The notes below the pieces were generated by a model. It saw nothing but the letters and a program-made list of their open reading frames with translations. It was not told the DNA's origin and made no database searches. The position numbers and the translations under genes are program-made. DNA of 64,000 nt from NCBI GenBank assembly GCA_964016885.1, contig OZ024743.1, positions 269,948,001 to 270,012,000 of the forward strand. Reading direction: 5' to 3'. The stretch is from Eledone cirrhosa. Its lineage: Eukaryota. Shown piece by piece: positions 37,100 to 48,900 of this stretch. Numbering within the stretch: position 1 is the first letter of the stretch; each line of letters opens with the position of its first letter.

Positions 37100-40000
37100 T
37101 GGTGTTGATGTTAGCGGTGTTGGTAGTAGTGTTTGACGTGGTGTTGATGTTAGTGGTATTGGGGTAGTGTTTGGAGTGGTGTTGATGTTAATGGTGTTGG
37201 TAGTAGTGTTTGAGGTGGTGTTGATGTTAGTGGTGTTGGTAGTAGTGTTTGAGGAGTTGTTGATGTTAGTGGTGTTGGTAGTAGTGTTTGAGGTGGTGTT
37301 GACGTTAGTGGTGTTGGTAGTAGTGTTTGAGGTGGTGTTGATGTTAGTGGTGTTGGTAGTAGTGTTTGAGGTGGTGTTGATGTTAGTGGAGTTGGGGGTA
37401 GTGTTTGAGGTGGTGTTGATGTTAGTGGTGTTGGTAGTAGTGTTTGAGGTGGTGTTGATGTTAGTGGTGTTGGTAGTAGTGTTTGAGGTGGTGTTGATGT
37501 TAGTGGTGTTGGTAGTAGTGTTTGAGGTTGTGTTGATATTAGCGGTGTTGGTACTAATGTTTGAGGAGGTGTTGATGTTAGCGGTGTTGGTAGTAGTGTT
37601 TGAGGTGGTGGTGGTGTTAGTGGTGTTGGTAGTAGTGTTTGAGGAGGTGTTGATGTTAGTGGTGTTGGTAGTAGTGTTTGAGGTGCTGTTGATGTTAGTG
37701 GTATTGGTAGTAGTGTTTGAGGTGGTGTTGATGTTAGTGGTGTTGGTAGTAGTGTTTGAGGAGGTGTTGATGTTAGCGGTGTTGGTAGTAGTGTTTGAGG
37801 TGGTGGTGGTGTTAGTGGTGTTGGTAGTAGTGTTTGAGGTGGTGGTGGTGTTAGTGGTGTTGGTAGTAGTGTTTGAGGAGGTGTTGATGTTAGTGGTGTT
37901 GGTAGTAGTGTTTGAGGCGGTGTTGATGTTAGCGGTGTTGGTAGTAGTTTTTGATGAGGTGTTGATGTTAGTGGTGTTGGTAGTAGTGTTTGAGGTGGTG
38001 GTGATGTTAGTGGTGTTGGTAGTAGTGTTTGAGGTGGTGGTGGTGTTAGTGGTGTTGGTAGTAGTGTTTGAGGTGGTGTTGATGTTAGTGGTGTTGGGTG
38101 TAGTGTTTGAGGTGGTGTTGGTGTTAGTGGTGTTGGTAGTATTGTTTGAGGTGGTGTTGATGTTAGTGGTATTGGTAGTAGTGTTTGAGGTGGTGTTGAT
38201 GTTAGTGGTGTTGGTAGTAGTGTTTGAGGTGGTGGTGGTGTTGGTGGTGTTGGTAGTAGTGTTTGAGGAGGTGTTGATGTTAGTTGTGTTGGTAGTAGTG
38301 TTTGAGGAGGTGTTGATGTTAGTGGTGTTGGTAGTAGTGTTTGAGGTGGTGTTGATGTTAGTGGTGTTGGCGGTAGTGTTTGGGGTGGTGTTGGTAGTAG
38401 TATTTGAGGTGGTGTTGATGTTAGTGGTGTTGGGAGTAGTGTTTGAGGTGGTGTTGATGTTAGCGGTGTTGGTAGTAGTGTTTGAGGTGGTGTTGATGTT
38501 AGTGGTGTTGGGGGTAGTGTTTGGGGTGGTGTTGATGTTAGTGGTGTTGGTAGTAGTGTTTGAGGTGGTGTTGATGTTAGTGGTGTTGGTAGTAGTGTTT
38601 GACGTGGTGTTGATGTTAGTGGTATGGGGTAGTGTTTGGAGTGGTGTTGATGTTAATGGTGTTGGTAGTAGTGTTTGAGGTGGTGTTGATGTTAGTGGTG
38701 TTGGTAGTAGTGTTTGAGGAGGTGTTGATGTTAGTGGTGTTGGTAATAGTGTTTGAGGTGGTGTTGATGTTAGTGCTGTTGGTAGTAGTGTTTGAGGAGG
38801 TGTTGATGTTAGTGGTGTTGGTAGTAGTGTTTGAGGAGGTGTTGATGTTAGTGGTGTTGGTAGTAGTGTTTGAGGTGCTGTTGATGTTAGCGGTGTTGGT
38901 TGTAGTGTTTCAGGTGGTGTTGATGTTAGTGGTGTTGGTAGTAGTGTTTGAGGAGGTGTTGATGTTAGCGGTGTTGGTAGTAGTGTTTGAGGTGGTGTTT
39001 ATGTTAGTGGTATTGGGGTAGTGTTTGAGGTGGTGTTGATGTTAGTGGTGTTGGTAGTAGTATTTGAGGTGGTGTTGATGTTAGTGATGTTGGGAGTAGT
39101 GTTTGAGGTGGTGTTGATGTTAGCGGTGTTGGTAGTAGTGTTTGACGTGGTGTTGATGTTAGTGGTATGGGGTAGTGTTTGGAGTGGTGTTGATGTTAAT
39201 GGTGTTGGTAGTAGTGTTTGAGGTGGTGTTGATGTTAGTGGTGTTAGTAGTAGTGTTTGAGGAGGTGTTGATGTTAGTGGTGTTGGTAGTAGTGTTTGAG
39301 GTGGTGTTGATGTTAGTGGTGTTGGCGGTAGTGTTTGGGGTGGTGTTGATGTTAGTGGTGTTGGTAGTAGTATTTGAGGTGGTGTTGATGTTAGTGGTGT
39401 TGGCGGTAGTGTTTGGGGTGGTGATGATGTTAGTGGTGTTGGTAGTAGTGTTTGAGGTGGTTTTGATGTTAGTGGTGTTGGCGGTAGTGTTTGGGGTGGT
39501 GTTTATGTTAGTGGTATTGGGGTAGTGTTTGAGGTGGTGTTGATGTTAGTGGTGTTGGTAGTAGTATTTGAGGTGGTGTTGATGTAAGTGGTGTTGGGAA
39601 TAGTGTTTGAGGTGGTGTTGATGTTAGCGGTGTTGGTAGTAGTGTTTGACGTGGTGTTGATGTTAGTGGTATTGGGGTAGTGTTTGGAGTGGTGTTGATG
39701 TTAATGGTGTTGGTAGTAGTGTTTGAGGTGGTGTTGATGTTAGTGGTGTTGGTAGTAGTGTTTGAGGAGTTGTTGATGTTAGTGGTGTTGGTAGTAGTGT
39801 TTGAGGTGGTGTTGATGTTAGTGGTGTTGGTAGTAGTGTTTGAGGTGGTGTTGACGTTAGTGGTGTTGGTAGTAGTGTTTGAGGTGGTGTTGATGTTAGT
39901 GGTGTTGGTAGTAGTGTTTGAGGTGGTGTTGATGTTAGTGGAGTTGGGGGTAGTGTTTGAGGTGGTGTTGATGTTAGTGGTGTTGGTAGTAGTGTTTGAG

Positions 40001-42230
40001 GTGGTGTTGATGTTAGTGGTGTTGGTAGTAGTGTTTGAGGTGGTGTTGATGTTAGTGGTGTTGGTAGTAGTGTTTGAGGTTGTGTTGATATTAGCGGTGT
40101 TGGTACTAATGTTTGAGGAGGTGTTGATGTTAGCGGTGTTGGTAGTAGTGTTTGAGGTGGTGGTGGTGTTAGTGGTGTTGGTAGTAGTGTTTGAGGAGGT
40201 GTTGATGTTAGTGGTGTTGGTAGTAGTGTTTGAGGTGCTGTTGATGTTAGTGGTATTGGTAGTAGTGTTTGAGGTGGTGTTGATGTTAGTGGTGTTGGTA
40301 GTAGTGTTTGAGGAGGTGTTGATGTTAGCGGTGTTGGTAGTAGTGTTTGAGGTGGTGGTGGTGTTAGTGGTGTTGGTAGTAGTGTTTGAGGTGGTGGTGG
40401 TGTTAGTGGTGTTGGTAGTAGTGTTTGAGGAGGTGTTGATGTTAGTGGTGTTGGTAGTAGTGTTTGAGGCGGTGTTGATGTTAGCGGTGTTGGTAGTAGT
40501 TTTTGATGAGGTGTTGATGTTAGTGGTGTTGGTAGTAGTGTTTGAGGTGGTGGTGATGTTAGTGGTGTTGGTAGTAGTGTTTGAGGTGGTGGTGGTGTTA
40601 GTGGTGTTGGTAGTAGTGTTTGAGGTGGTGTTGATGTTAGTGGTGTTGGGTGTAGTGTTTGAGGTGGTGTTGGTGTTAGTGGTGTTGGTAGTATTGTTTG
40701 AGGTGGTGTTGATGTTAGTGGTATTGGTAGTAGTGTTTGAGGTGGTGTTGATGTTAGTGGTGTTGGTAGTAGTGTTTGAGGTGGTGGTGGTGTTGGTGGT
40801 GTTGGTAGTAGTGTTTGAGGAGGTGTTGATGTTAGTTGTGTTGGTAGTAGTGTTTGAGGAGGTGTTGATGTTAGTGGTGTTGGTAGTAGTGTTTGAGGTG
40901 GTGTTGATGTTAGTGGTGTTGGCGGTAGTGTTTGGGGTGGTGTTGGTAGTAGTATTTGAGGTGGTGTTGATGTTAGTGGTGTTGGGAGTAGTGTTTGAGG
41001 TGGTGTTGATGTTAGCGGTGTTGGTAGTAGTGTTTGAGGTGGTGTTGATGTTAGTGGTGTTGGGGGTAGTGTTTGGGGTGGTGTTGATGTTAGTGGTGTT
41101 GGTAGTAGTGTTTGAGGTGGTGTTGATGTTAGTGGTGTTGGTAGTAGTGTTTGACGTGGTGTTGATGTTAGTGGTATGGGGTAGTGTTTGGAGTGGTGTT
41201 GATGTTAATGGTGTTGGTAGTAGTGTTTGAGGTGGTGTTGATGTTAGTGGTGTTGGTAGTAGTGTTTGAGGAGGTGTTGATGTTAGTGGTGTTGGTAATA
41301 GTGTTTGAGGTGGTGTTGATGTTAGTGCTGTTGGTAGTAGTGTTTGAGGAGGTGTTGATGTTAGTGGTGTTGGTAGTAGTGTTTGAGGAGGTGTTGATGT
41401 TAGTGGTGTTGGTAGTAGTGTTTGAGGTGCTGTTGATGTTAGCGGTGTTGGTTGTAGTGTTTCAGGTGGTGTTGATGTTAGTGGTGTTGGTAGTAGTGTT
41501 TGAGGAGGTGTTGATGTTAGCGGTGTTGGTAGTAGTGTTTGAGGTGGTGTTTATGTTAGTGGTATTGGGGTAGTGTTTGAGGTGGTGTTGATGTTAGTGG
41601 TGTTGGTAGTAGTATTTGAGGTGGTGTTGATGTTAGTGATGTTGGGAGTAGTGTTTGAGGTGGTGTTGATGTTAGCGGTGTTGGTAGTAGTGTTTGACGT
41701 GGTGTTGATGTTAGTGGTATGGGGTAGTGTTTGGAGTGGTGTTGATGTTAATGGTGTTGGTAGTAGTGTTTGAGGTGGTGTTGATGTTAGTGGTGTTAGT
41801 AGTAGTGTTTGAGGAGGTGTTGATGTTAGTGGTGTTGGTAGTAGTGTTTGAGGTGGTGTTGATGTTAGTGGTGTTGGCGGTAGTGTTTGGGGTGGTGTTG
41901 ATGTTAGTGGTGTTGGTAGTAGTATTTGAGGTGGTGTTGATGTTAGTGGTGTTGGCGGTAGTGTTTGGGGTGGTGATGATGTTAGTGGTGTTGGTAGTAG
42001 TGTTTGAGGTGGTTTTGATGTTAGTGGTGTTGGCGGTAGTGTTTGGGGTGGTGTTTATGTTAGTGGTATTGGGGTAGTGTTTGAGGTGGTGTTGATGTTA
42101 GTGGTGTTGGTAGTAGTATTTGAGGTGGTGTTGATGTAAGTGGTGTTGGGAATAGTGTTTGAGGTGGTGTTGATGTTAGCGGTGTTGGTAGTAGTGTTTG
42201 ACGTGGTGTTGATGTTAGTGGTATGGGGTA
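37100..42230. repeat. Near-perfect tandem duplication of a ~2.55-kb block (period 2552 bp)
   Basis: ORFs 38632/39021/39175 recur at 41184/41573/41727. The private variants GTACTAATG, TTTCAGG, GTGATGTTGGGA and TTGGGAATA occur once in each copy. 2552 = 66x39 - 15 - 7. Confidence 0.93.
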
Positions 42231-42999
42231 GTGTTTGGAGTGGTGTTGATGTTAATGGTGTTGGTAGTAGTGTTTGAGGTGGTGTTGATGTTAGTGGTGT
42301 TGGTAGTAGTGTTTGAGGAGGTGTTGATGTTAGTGGTGTTGGTAGTAGTGTTTGAGGTGGTGTTGATGTTAGTGGTGTTGGTAGTAGTGTTTGAGGTGGT
42401 GTTGATGTTAGCGGTGTTGGTAGTAGTGTTTGAGGTGGTGTTGATGTTAGTGGTGTTGGCAGTAGTGTTTGAGGTGGTGTTAATGTTAGTGGTGTTGGTA
42501 GTAGTGTTTGAGGTGGTGTTGATGTTAGCGGTGTTGGTAGTATTGTTTGAGGTGCTGTTGATGTTAGTGGTGTTGGTAGTAGTGTTTGAGGTGGTGTTGA
42601 TGTTAATGGTGTTGATAGTAGTGTTTGAGGTGGTGTTGACGTTAGTGGTGTTGGTAGTAGTGTTTGAGGTGGTGTTGATGTTAGCGGTGTTGGTAGTAGC
42701 GTTTGAGGTGGTGTTGATGTTAGCGGTGTTGGTAGTAGTGTTTGAGGTGGTGTTGATGTTAGTGGTGTTGGTAGTAGTGTTTGAGGTGGTGTTAATGTTA
42801 GTGGTGTTGGTAGTAGTGTTTGGGGTGGTGTTGATGTTAGCGGTGTTGGTAGCAATGTTTGAGGTGGTGTTGATGTTAGTGGTGTTGGTAGTAGTTTTTG
42901 AGGTGGTGTTGATGTTAGTGGTGTTGGTAGTAGTGTTTGACGTGGTGTTGATGTTAGTGGTGTTGGCAGTAGTGTTTGAGGTGGTGTTGATGTTAGCGG

Positions 43000-45900
43000 T
43001 GTTGGTAGTAGTGTTTGCGGTGGTGTTGATGTTAGCGGTGTTGGTAGTAGTGTTTGAGGTGGTGTTGATGTTTGTTGTGTTGGGGGTAGTGTTTGAGGTA
43101 GTGTTGATGTTAGTGGTGTTGGTAGTAGTGTTTGAGGTGGTGTTGATGTTAGTGGTGTTGGCAGTAGTGTTTGGGGTGGTGTTGCTGTTAGTGGTGTTGG
43201 TAGTAGTATTTGAGGTGGTGTTGATGTTAGTGGTGTTGGCGGTAGTGTTTGGGGTGGTGTTGATGTTAGTGGTGTTGGTAGTAGTGTTTGAGGTGGTGTT
43301 GATGTTAGTGGTGTTGGTAGTAGTGTTTGAGGTGGTGTTGATGTTAGTGGTGTTGGTAGTAGTGTTTGGGGTGGTGTTTATGTTAGTGGTATTGGGGTAG
43401 TGTTTGAGGTTCTGTTGATGTTAGTGGTGTTGGTAGTAGTATTTGAGGTGGTGTTGATGTTAGTAGTGTTGGTAGTAGTGTTTGAGGTGGTGTTGATGTT
43501 AGCGGTGTTGGTAGTATTGTTTGAGGTGCTGTTGATGTTAGTGGTGTTGGTAGTAGTGTTTGAGGTGGTGTTGATGTTAATGGTGTTGGTAGTAGTGTTT
43601 GAGGTGGTGTTGACGTTAGTGGTGTTGGTAGTAGTGTTTGAGGTGGTGTTGATGTTAGCGGTGTTGGTAGTATTGTTTGAGGTGGTGTTGATGTTAGCGG
43701 TGTTGGTAGTAGTGTTTGAGGTGGTGTTGATGTTAGCGGTGTTGGTAGTAGTGTTTGAGGTGGTGTTGATGTTAGTGGTGTTGGTAGTAGTGTTTGAGGT
43801 GTTGTTGATGTTAGTGGTGTTGGTAGTAGTGTTTGAGGTGGTGTTGATGTTAGTGGTGTTGGTAGTAGTGTTTGACGTGGTGTTGATGTTAGTGGTATTG
43901 GGGTAGTGTTTGGAGTGGTGTTGATGTTAATGGTGTTGGTAGTAGTGTTTGAGGTGGTGTTGATGTTAGTGGTGTTGGTAGTAGTGTTTGAGGAGGTGTT
44001 GATGTTAGTGGTGTTGGTAGTAGTGTTTGAGGTGGTGTTGATCTTAGTGGTGTTGGTAGTAGTGTTTGAGGTGGTGTTAATGTTAGTGGTGTTGGTAGTA
44101 GTGTTTGAGGTGGTGTTGATGTTAGCGGTGTTGGTAGTAATGTTTGAGGTGCTGTTGATGTTAGTGGTGTTGGTAGTAGTGTTTGAGGTGGTGTTGATGT
44201 TAGCGGTGTTGGTAGTAATGTTTGAGGTGCTGTTGATGTTAGTGGTGTTGGTAGTAGTGTTTGAGGTGGTGTTGATGTTAGCGGTGTTGGTAGTAATGTT
44301 TGGGGTGGTGTTGATGTTAGTGGTGTTGGTAGTAGTGTTTGAGGTGGTGTTGATGTTAATGGTGTTGGTAGTAGTGTTTGAGGTGGTGTTGATGTTAGTG
44401 GTGTTGGGTGTAGTGTTTGAGGTGGTGTTGATGTTAGCGGTGTTGGTAGTAATGTTTGGGGTGGTGTTGCTGTTAGTGGTGTTGGTAGTAGTATTTGAGG
44501 TGGTGTTGATGTTAGTGGTGTTGGCGGTAGTGTTTGGGGTGGTGTTGATGTTAGTGGTGTTGGTAGTAGTGTTTGAGGTGGTGTTGATGTTAATGGTGTT
44601 GGTAGTAGTGTTTGAGGTGGTGTTGATGTTAGTGGTGTTGGGTGTAGTGTTTGAGGTGGTGTTGGTGTTAGTGGTGTTGGTAGTATTGTTTGAGGTGGTG
44701 TTGATGTTAGTGGTATTGGTAGTAGTGTTTGAGGTGGTGTTGATGTTAGTGGTGTTGGTAGTAGTGTTTGAGGTGGTGGTGGTGTTGGTGGTGTTGGTAG
44801 TAGTGTTTGAGGAGGTGTTGATGTTAGTTGTGTTGGTAGTAGTGTTTTAGGAGGTGTTGATGTTAGTGGTGTTGGTAGTAGTGTTTGAGGTGGTGTTGAT
44901 GTTAGTGGTGTTGGTAGTAGTGTTTGAGGTGGTGTTGATGTTAGTGGTGTTGGGTGTAGTGTTTGAGGTGGTGTTGGTGTTAGTGGTGTTGGTAGTATTG
45001 TTTGAGGTGGTGTTGATGTTAGTGGTATTGGTAGTAGTGTTTGAGGTGGTGTTGATGTTAGTGGTGTTGGTAGTAGTGTATGAGGTGGTGGTGGTGTTGG
45101 TGGTGTTGGTAGTAGTGTTTGAGGAGGTGTTGATGTTAGTTGTGTTGGTAGTAGTGTTTTAGGAGGTGTTGATGTTAGTGGTGTTGGTAGTAGTGTTTGA
45201 GGTGGTGTTGATGTTAGTGGTGTTGGTAGTAGTGTTTGAGGTGGTGTTGATGTTAGTGGTGTTGGTAGTAGTGTTTAAGGTGGTGTTGATGTTAGTGGTG
45301 TTGGTAGTAGTGTTTGAGGTGGTGTTGATGTTAGTGGTGTTGGTAGTAGTGTTTAAGGTGGTGTTGATGTTAGTGGTGTTGGTAGTAGTGTTTGAGGTGT
45401 TGTTGATGTTAGTGGTGTTGGTAGTAGTGTTTAAGGTGGTGTTGATGTTAGTGGTGTTGGTAGTAGTGTTTGAGGTGTTGTTGATGTTAGTGGTGTTGGT
45501 AGTAGTGTTTGAGGTGGTGTTGATGTTAGTGGTGTTGGTAGTAGTGTTTAAGGTGGTGTTGATGTTAGTGGTGTTGGTAGTAGTGTTTGAGGTGGTGTTG
45601 ATGTTAGTGGTGTTGGTAGTAGTGTTTGAGGTGGTGTTGATGTTAGCGGTGTTGGTAGTAGTGTTTGAGGTGGTGTTGATGTTAGTGGTGTTGGTAGTAG
45701 TGTTTGAGGAGGTGTTGATGTTAGCGGTGTTGGTAGTAGTGTTTGAGGTGGTGTTGATGTTAGTGGTGTTGGTAGTAGTGTTTGAGGTGGTGTTGATGTT
45801 AGCGGTGTTGGTAGTAGTGTTTGAAGTGGTGTTGATGTTAGTGGTGTTGGTAGTAGTGTTTGAGGAGGTGTTGATGTTAGTGGTGTTGGTAGTCGTGTTT

Positions 45901-48900
45901 GAGGTGGTGTTGATGTTAGCGGTGTTGGTAGTAGTGTTTGAGGTGGTGTTGATGTTAGTGGTGTTGGTAGTAGTGTTTGAGGTGGTGTTGATGTTAGCGG
46001 TGTTGGTAGTAGTGTTTGAGGTGGTGTTGATGTTAGTGGTGTTGGTAGTAGTGTTTGAGGAGGTGTTGATGTTAGTGGTGTTGGTAGTAGTGTCTGAGGT
46101 GGTGTTGATGTTAGTGGTGTTGGTGGTAGTGTTTGAGGTGGTGTTGATGTTAGCGGTGTTGGTAGTAGTGTTTGAGGTGGTGTTGATGTTAGCGGTGTTG
46201 GTAGTAGTGTTTGAGGTGGTGTTGATGTTTGTTGTGTTGGGGGTAGTGTTTGAGGTAGTGTTGATGTTAGTGGTGTTGGTAGTAGTGTTTGAGGTGGTGT
46301 TGATGTTAGTGGTGTTGGCAGTAGTGTTTGGGGTGGTGTTGCTGTTAGTGGTGTTGGTAGTAGTATTTGAGGTGGTGTTGATGTTAGTGGTGTTGGCGGT
46401 AGTGTTTGGGGTGGTGTTGATGTTAGTGGTGTTGGTAGTAGTGTTTGAGGTGGTGTTGATGTTAGTGGTATTGGGGTAGTGTTTGAGGTTCTGTTGATGT
46501 TAGTGGTGTTGGTAGTAGTATTTGAGGTGGTGTTGATGTTAGTAGTGTTGGTAGTAGTGTTTGAGGTGGTGTTGATGTTAGCGGTGTTGGTAGTATTGTT
46601 TGAGGTGCTGTTGATGTTAGTGGTGTTGGTAGTAGTGTTTGAGGTGGTGTTGATGTTAATGGTGTTGGTAGTAGTGTTTGAGGTGGTGTTGACGTTAGTG
46701 GTGTTGGTAGTAGTGTTTGAGGTGGTGTTGATGTTAGCGGTGTTGGTAGTATTGTTTGAGGTGGTGTTGATGTTAGCGGTGTTGGTAGTAGTGTTTGACG
46801 TGGTGTTGATGTTAGTGGTATTGGGGTAGTGTTTGGAGTGGTGTTGATGTTAATGGTGTTGGTAGTAGTGTTTGAGGTGGTGTTGATGTTAGTGGTGTTG
46901 GTAGTAGTGTTTGAGGAGGTGTTGATGTTAGTGGTGTTGGTAGTAGTGTTTGAGGTGGTGTTGATCTTAGTGGTGTTGGTAGTAGTGTTTGAGGTGGTGT
47001 TAATGTTAGTGGTGTTGGTAGTAGTGTTTGAGGTGGTGTTGATGTTAGCGGTGTTGGTAGTAATGTTTGAGGTGCTGTTGATGTTAGTGGTGTTGGTAGT
47101 AGTGTTTGAGGTGGTGTTGATGTTAGCGGTGTTGGTAGTAATGTTTGAGGTGCTGTTGATGTTAGTGGTGTTGGTAGTAGTGTTTGAGGTGGTGTTGATG
47201 TTAGCGGTGTTGGTAGTAATGTTTGAGGTGCTGTTGATGTTAGTGGTGTTGGTAGTAGTGTTTGAGGTGGTGTTGATGTTAGCGGTGTTGGTAGTAGTGT
47301 TTGAGGTGCTGTTGATGTTAGTGGTGTTGGTAGTAGTGTTTGACATGGTGTTGATGTTAGTGGTATTGGGGTAGTGTTTGGAGTGGTGTTGATGTTAATG
47401 GTGTTGGTAGTAGTGTTTGAGGTGGTGTTGATGTTAGTGGTGTTGGTAGTAGTGTTTGAGGAGGTGTTGATGTTAGTGGTGTTGGTAGTAGTGTTTGAGG
47501 TGGTGTTGATGTTAGTGGTGTTGGTAGTAGTGTTTGAGGTGGTGTTGACGTTAGTGGTGTTGGTAGTAGTGTTTGAGGTGGTGTTGATGTTAGTGGTGTT
47601 GGTAGTAGTGTTTGGGGTGGTGTTGATGTTAGTGGTATTGGGGTAGTGTTTGGAGTGGTGTTGATGTTAGTGGGGTTGGGGGTAGTGTTTGAGGTGGTGT
47701 TGATGTTAGTGGTGTTGGTAGTAGTGTTTGAGGTGGTGTTGATGTTAGTGGTGTTGGTAGTAGTGTTTGAGGTGGTGTTGATGTTAGTGGTGTTGGTAGT
47801 AGTGTTTGAGTTGGTGTTGATGTTAGTGGTGTTGGTAGTAGTGTTTGAGGTGGTGTTGATGTTAGCGGTGTTGGTAGTAGTGTTTGAGGTGCTGTTGATG
47901 TTAGTGGTGTTGGTAGTAGTGTTTGAGGTGGTGTTGATGTTAGTGGTGTTGGTAGTAGTGTTTGAGGTGGTGTTGATGTTAGCGGTGTTGGTAGTAGCGT
48001 TTGAGGTGGTGTTGATGTTAGTGGTGTTGGTAGTAGTGTTTGAGGAGGTGTTGATTTTAGTGGTGCTGGTAGTAGTGTTTGAGGTGGTGTTGATGTTAGT
48101 GGTGTTGGTAGTAGTGTTTGAGGTGGTGTTGATGTTAGTGGTGTTGGTAGTAGTGTTTGAGGTGGTGTTGATGTTAGCGGTGTTGGTAGTAGTGTTTGAG
48201 CTGGTGTTGATGTTAGCGGTGTTGGTAGTAGTGTTTGACATGGTGTTGATGTTAATGGTGTTGGTAGTAGTGTTTGAGGTGGTGTTGATGTTAGTGGTGT
48301 TGGTAGTAGTGTTTGAGGAGGTGTTGATGTTAGTGGTGTTGGTAGTAGTGTTTGAGGTGGTGTTGATGTTAGTGGTGTTGGTAGTAGTGTTTGAGGTGGT
48401 GTTGACGTTAGTGGTGTTGGTAGTAGTGTTTGAGGTGGTGTTGATGTTAGTGGTGTTGGCAGTAGTGTTTGGGGTGGTGTTGATGTTAGTGGTGTTGGTA
48501 GTAGTATTTGAGGTGGTGTTGATGTTAGTGGTGTTGGCGGTAGTGTTTGGGGTGGTGTTGATGTTAGTGGTGTTGGTAGTAGTGTTTGAGGTGGTGTTGA
48601 TGTTAGTGGTGTTGGTAGTAGTGTTTGGGGCGGTGTTGATGTTAGTGGTATTGGGGTAGTGTTTGGAGTGGTGTTGATGTTAGTGGGGTTGGGGGTAGTG
48701 TTTGAGGTGGTGTTGATGTTAGTGGTGTTGGTAGTAGTGTTTGAGGTGGTGTTGATGTTAGTGGTGTTGGTAGTAGTGTTTGAGGTGGTGTTGATGTTAG
48801 TGGTGTTGGTAGTAGTGTTTGAGTTGGTGTTGATGTTAGTGGTGTTGGTAGTAGTGTTTGAGGTGGTGTTGATGTTAGCGGTGTTGGTAGTAGTGTTTGA

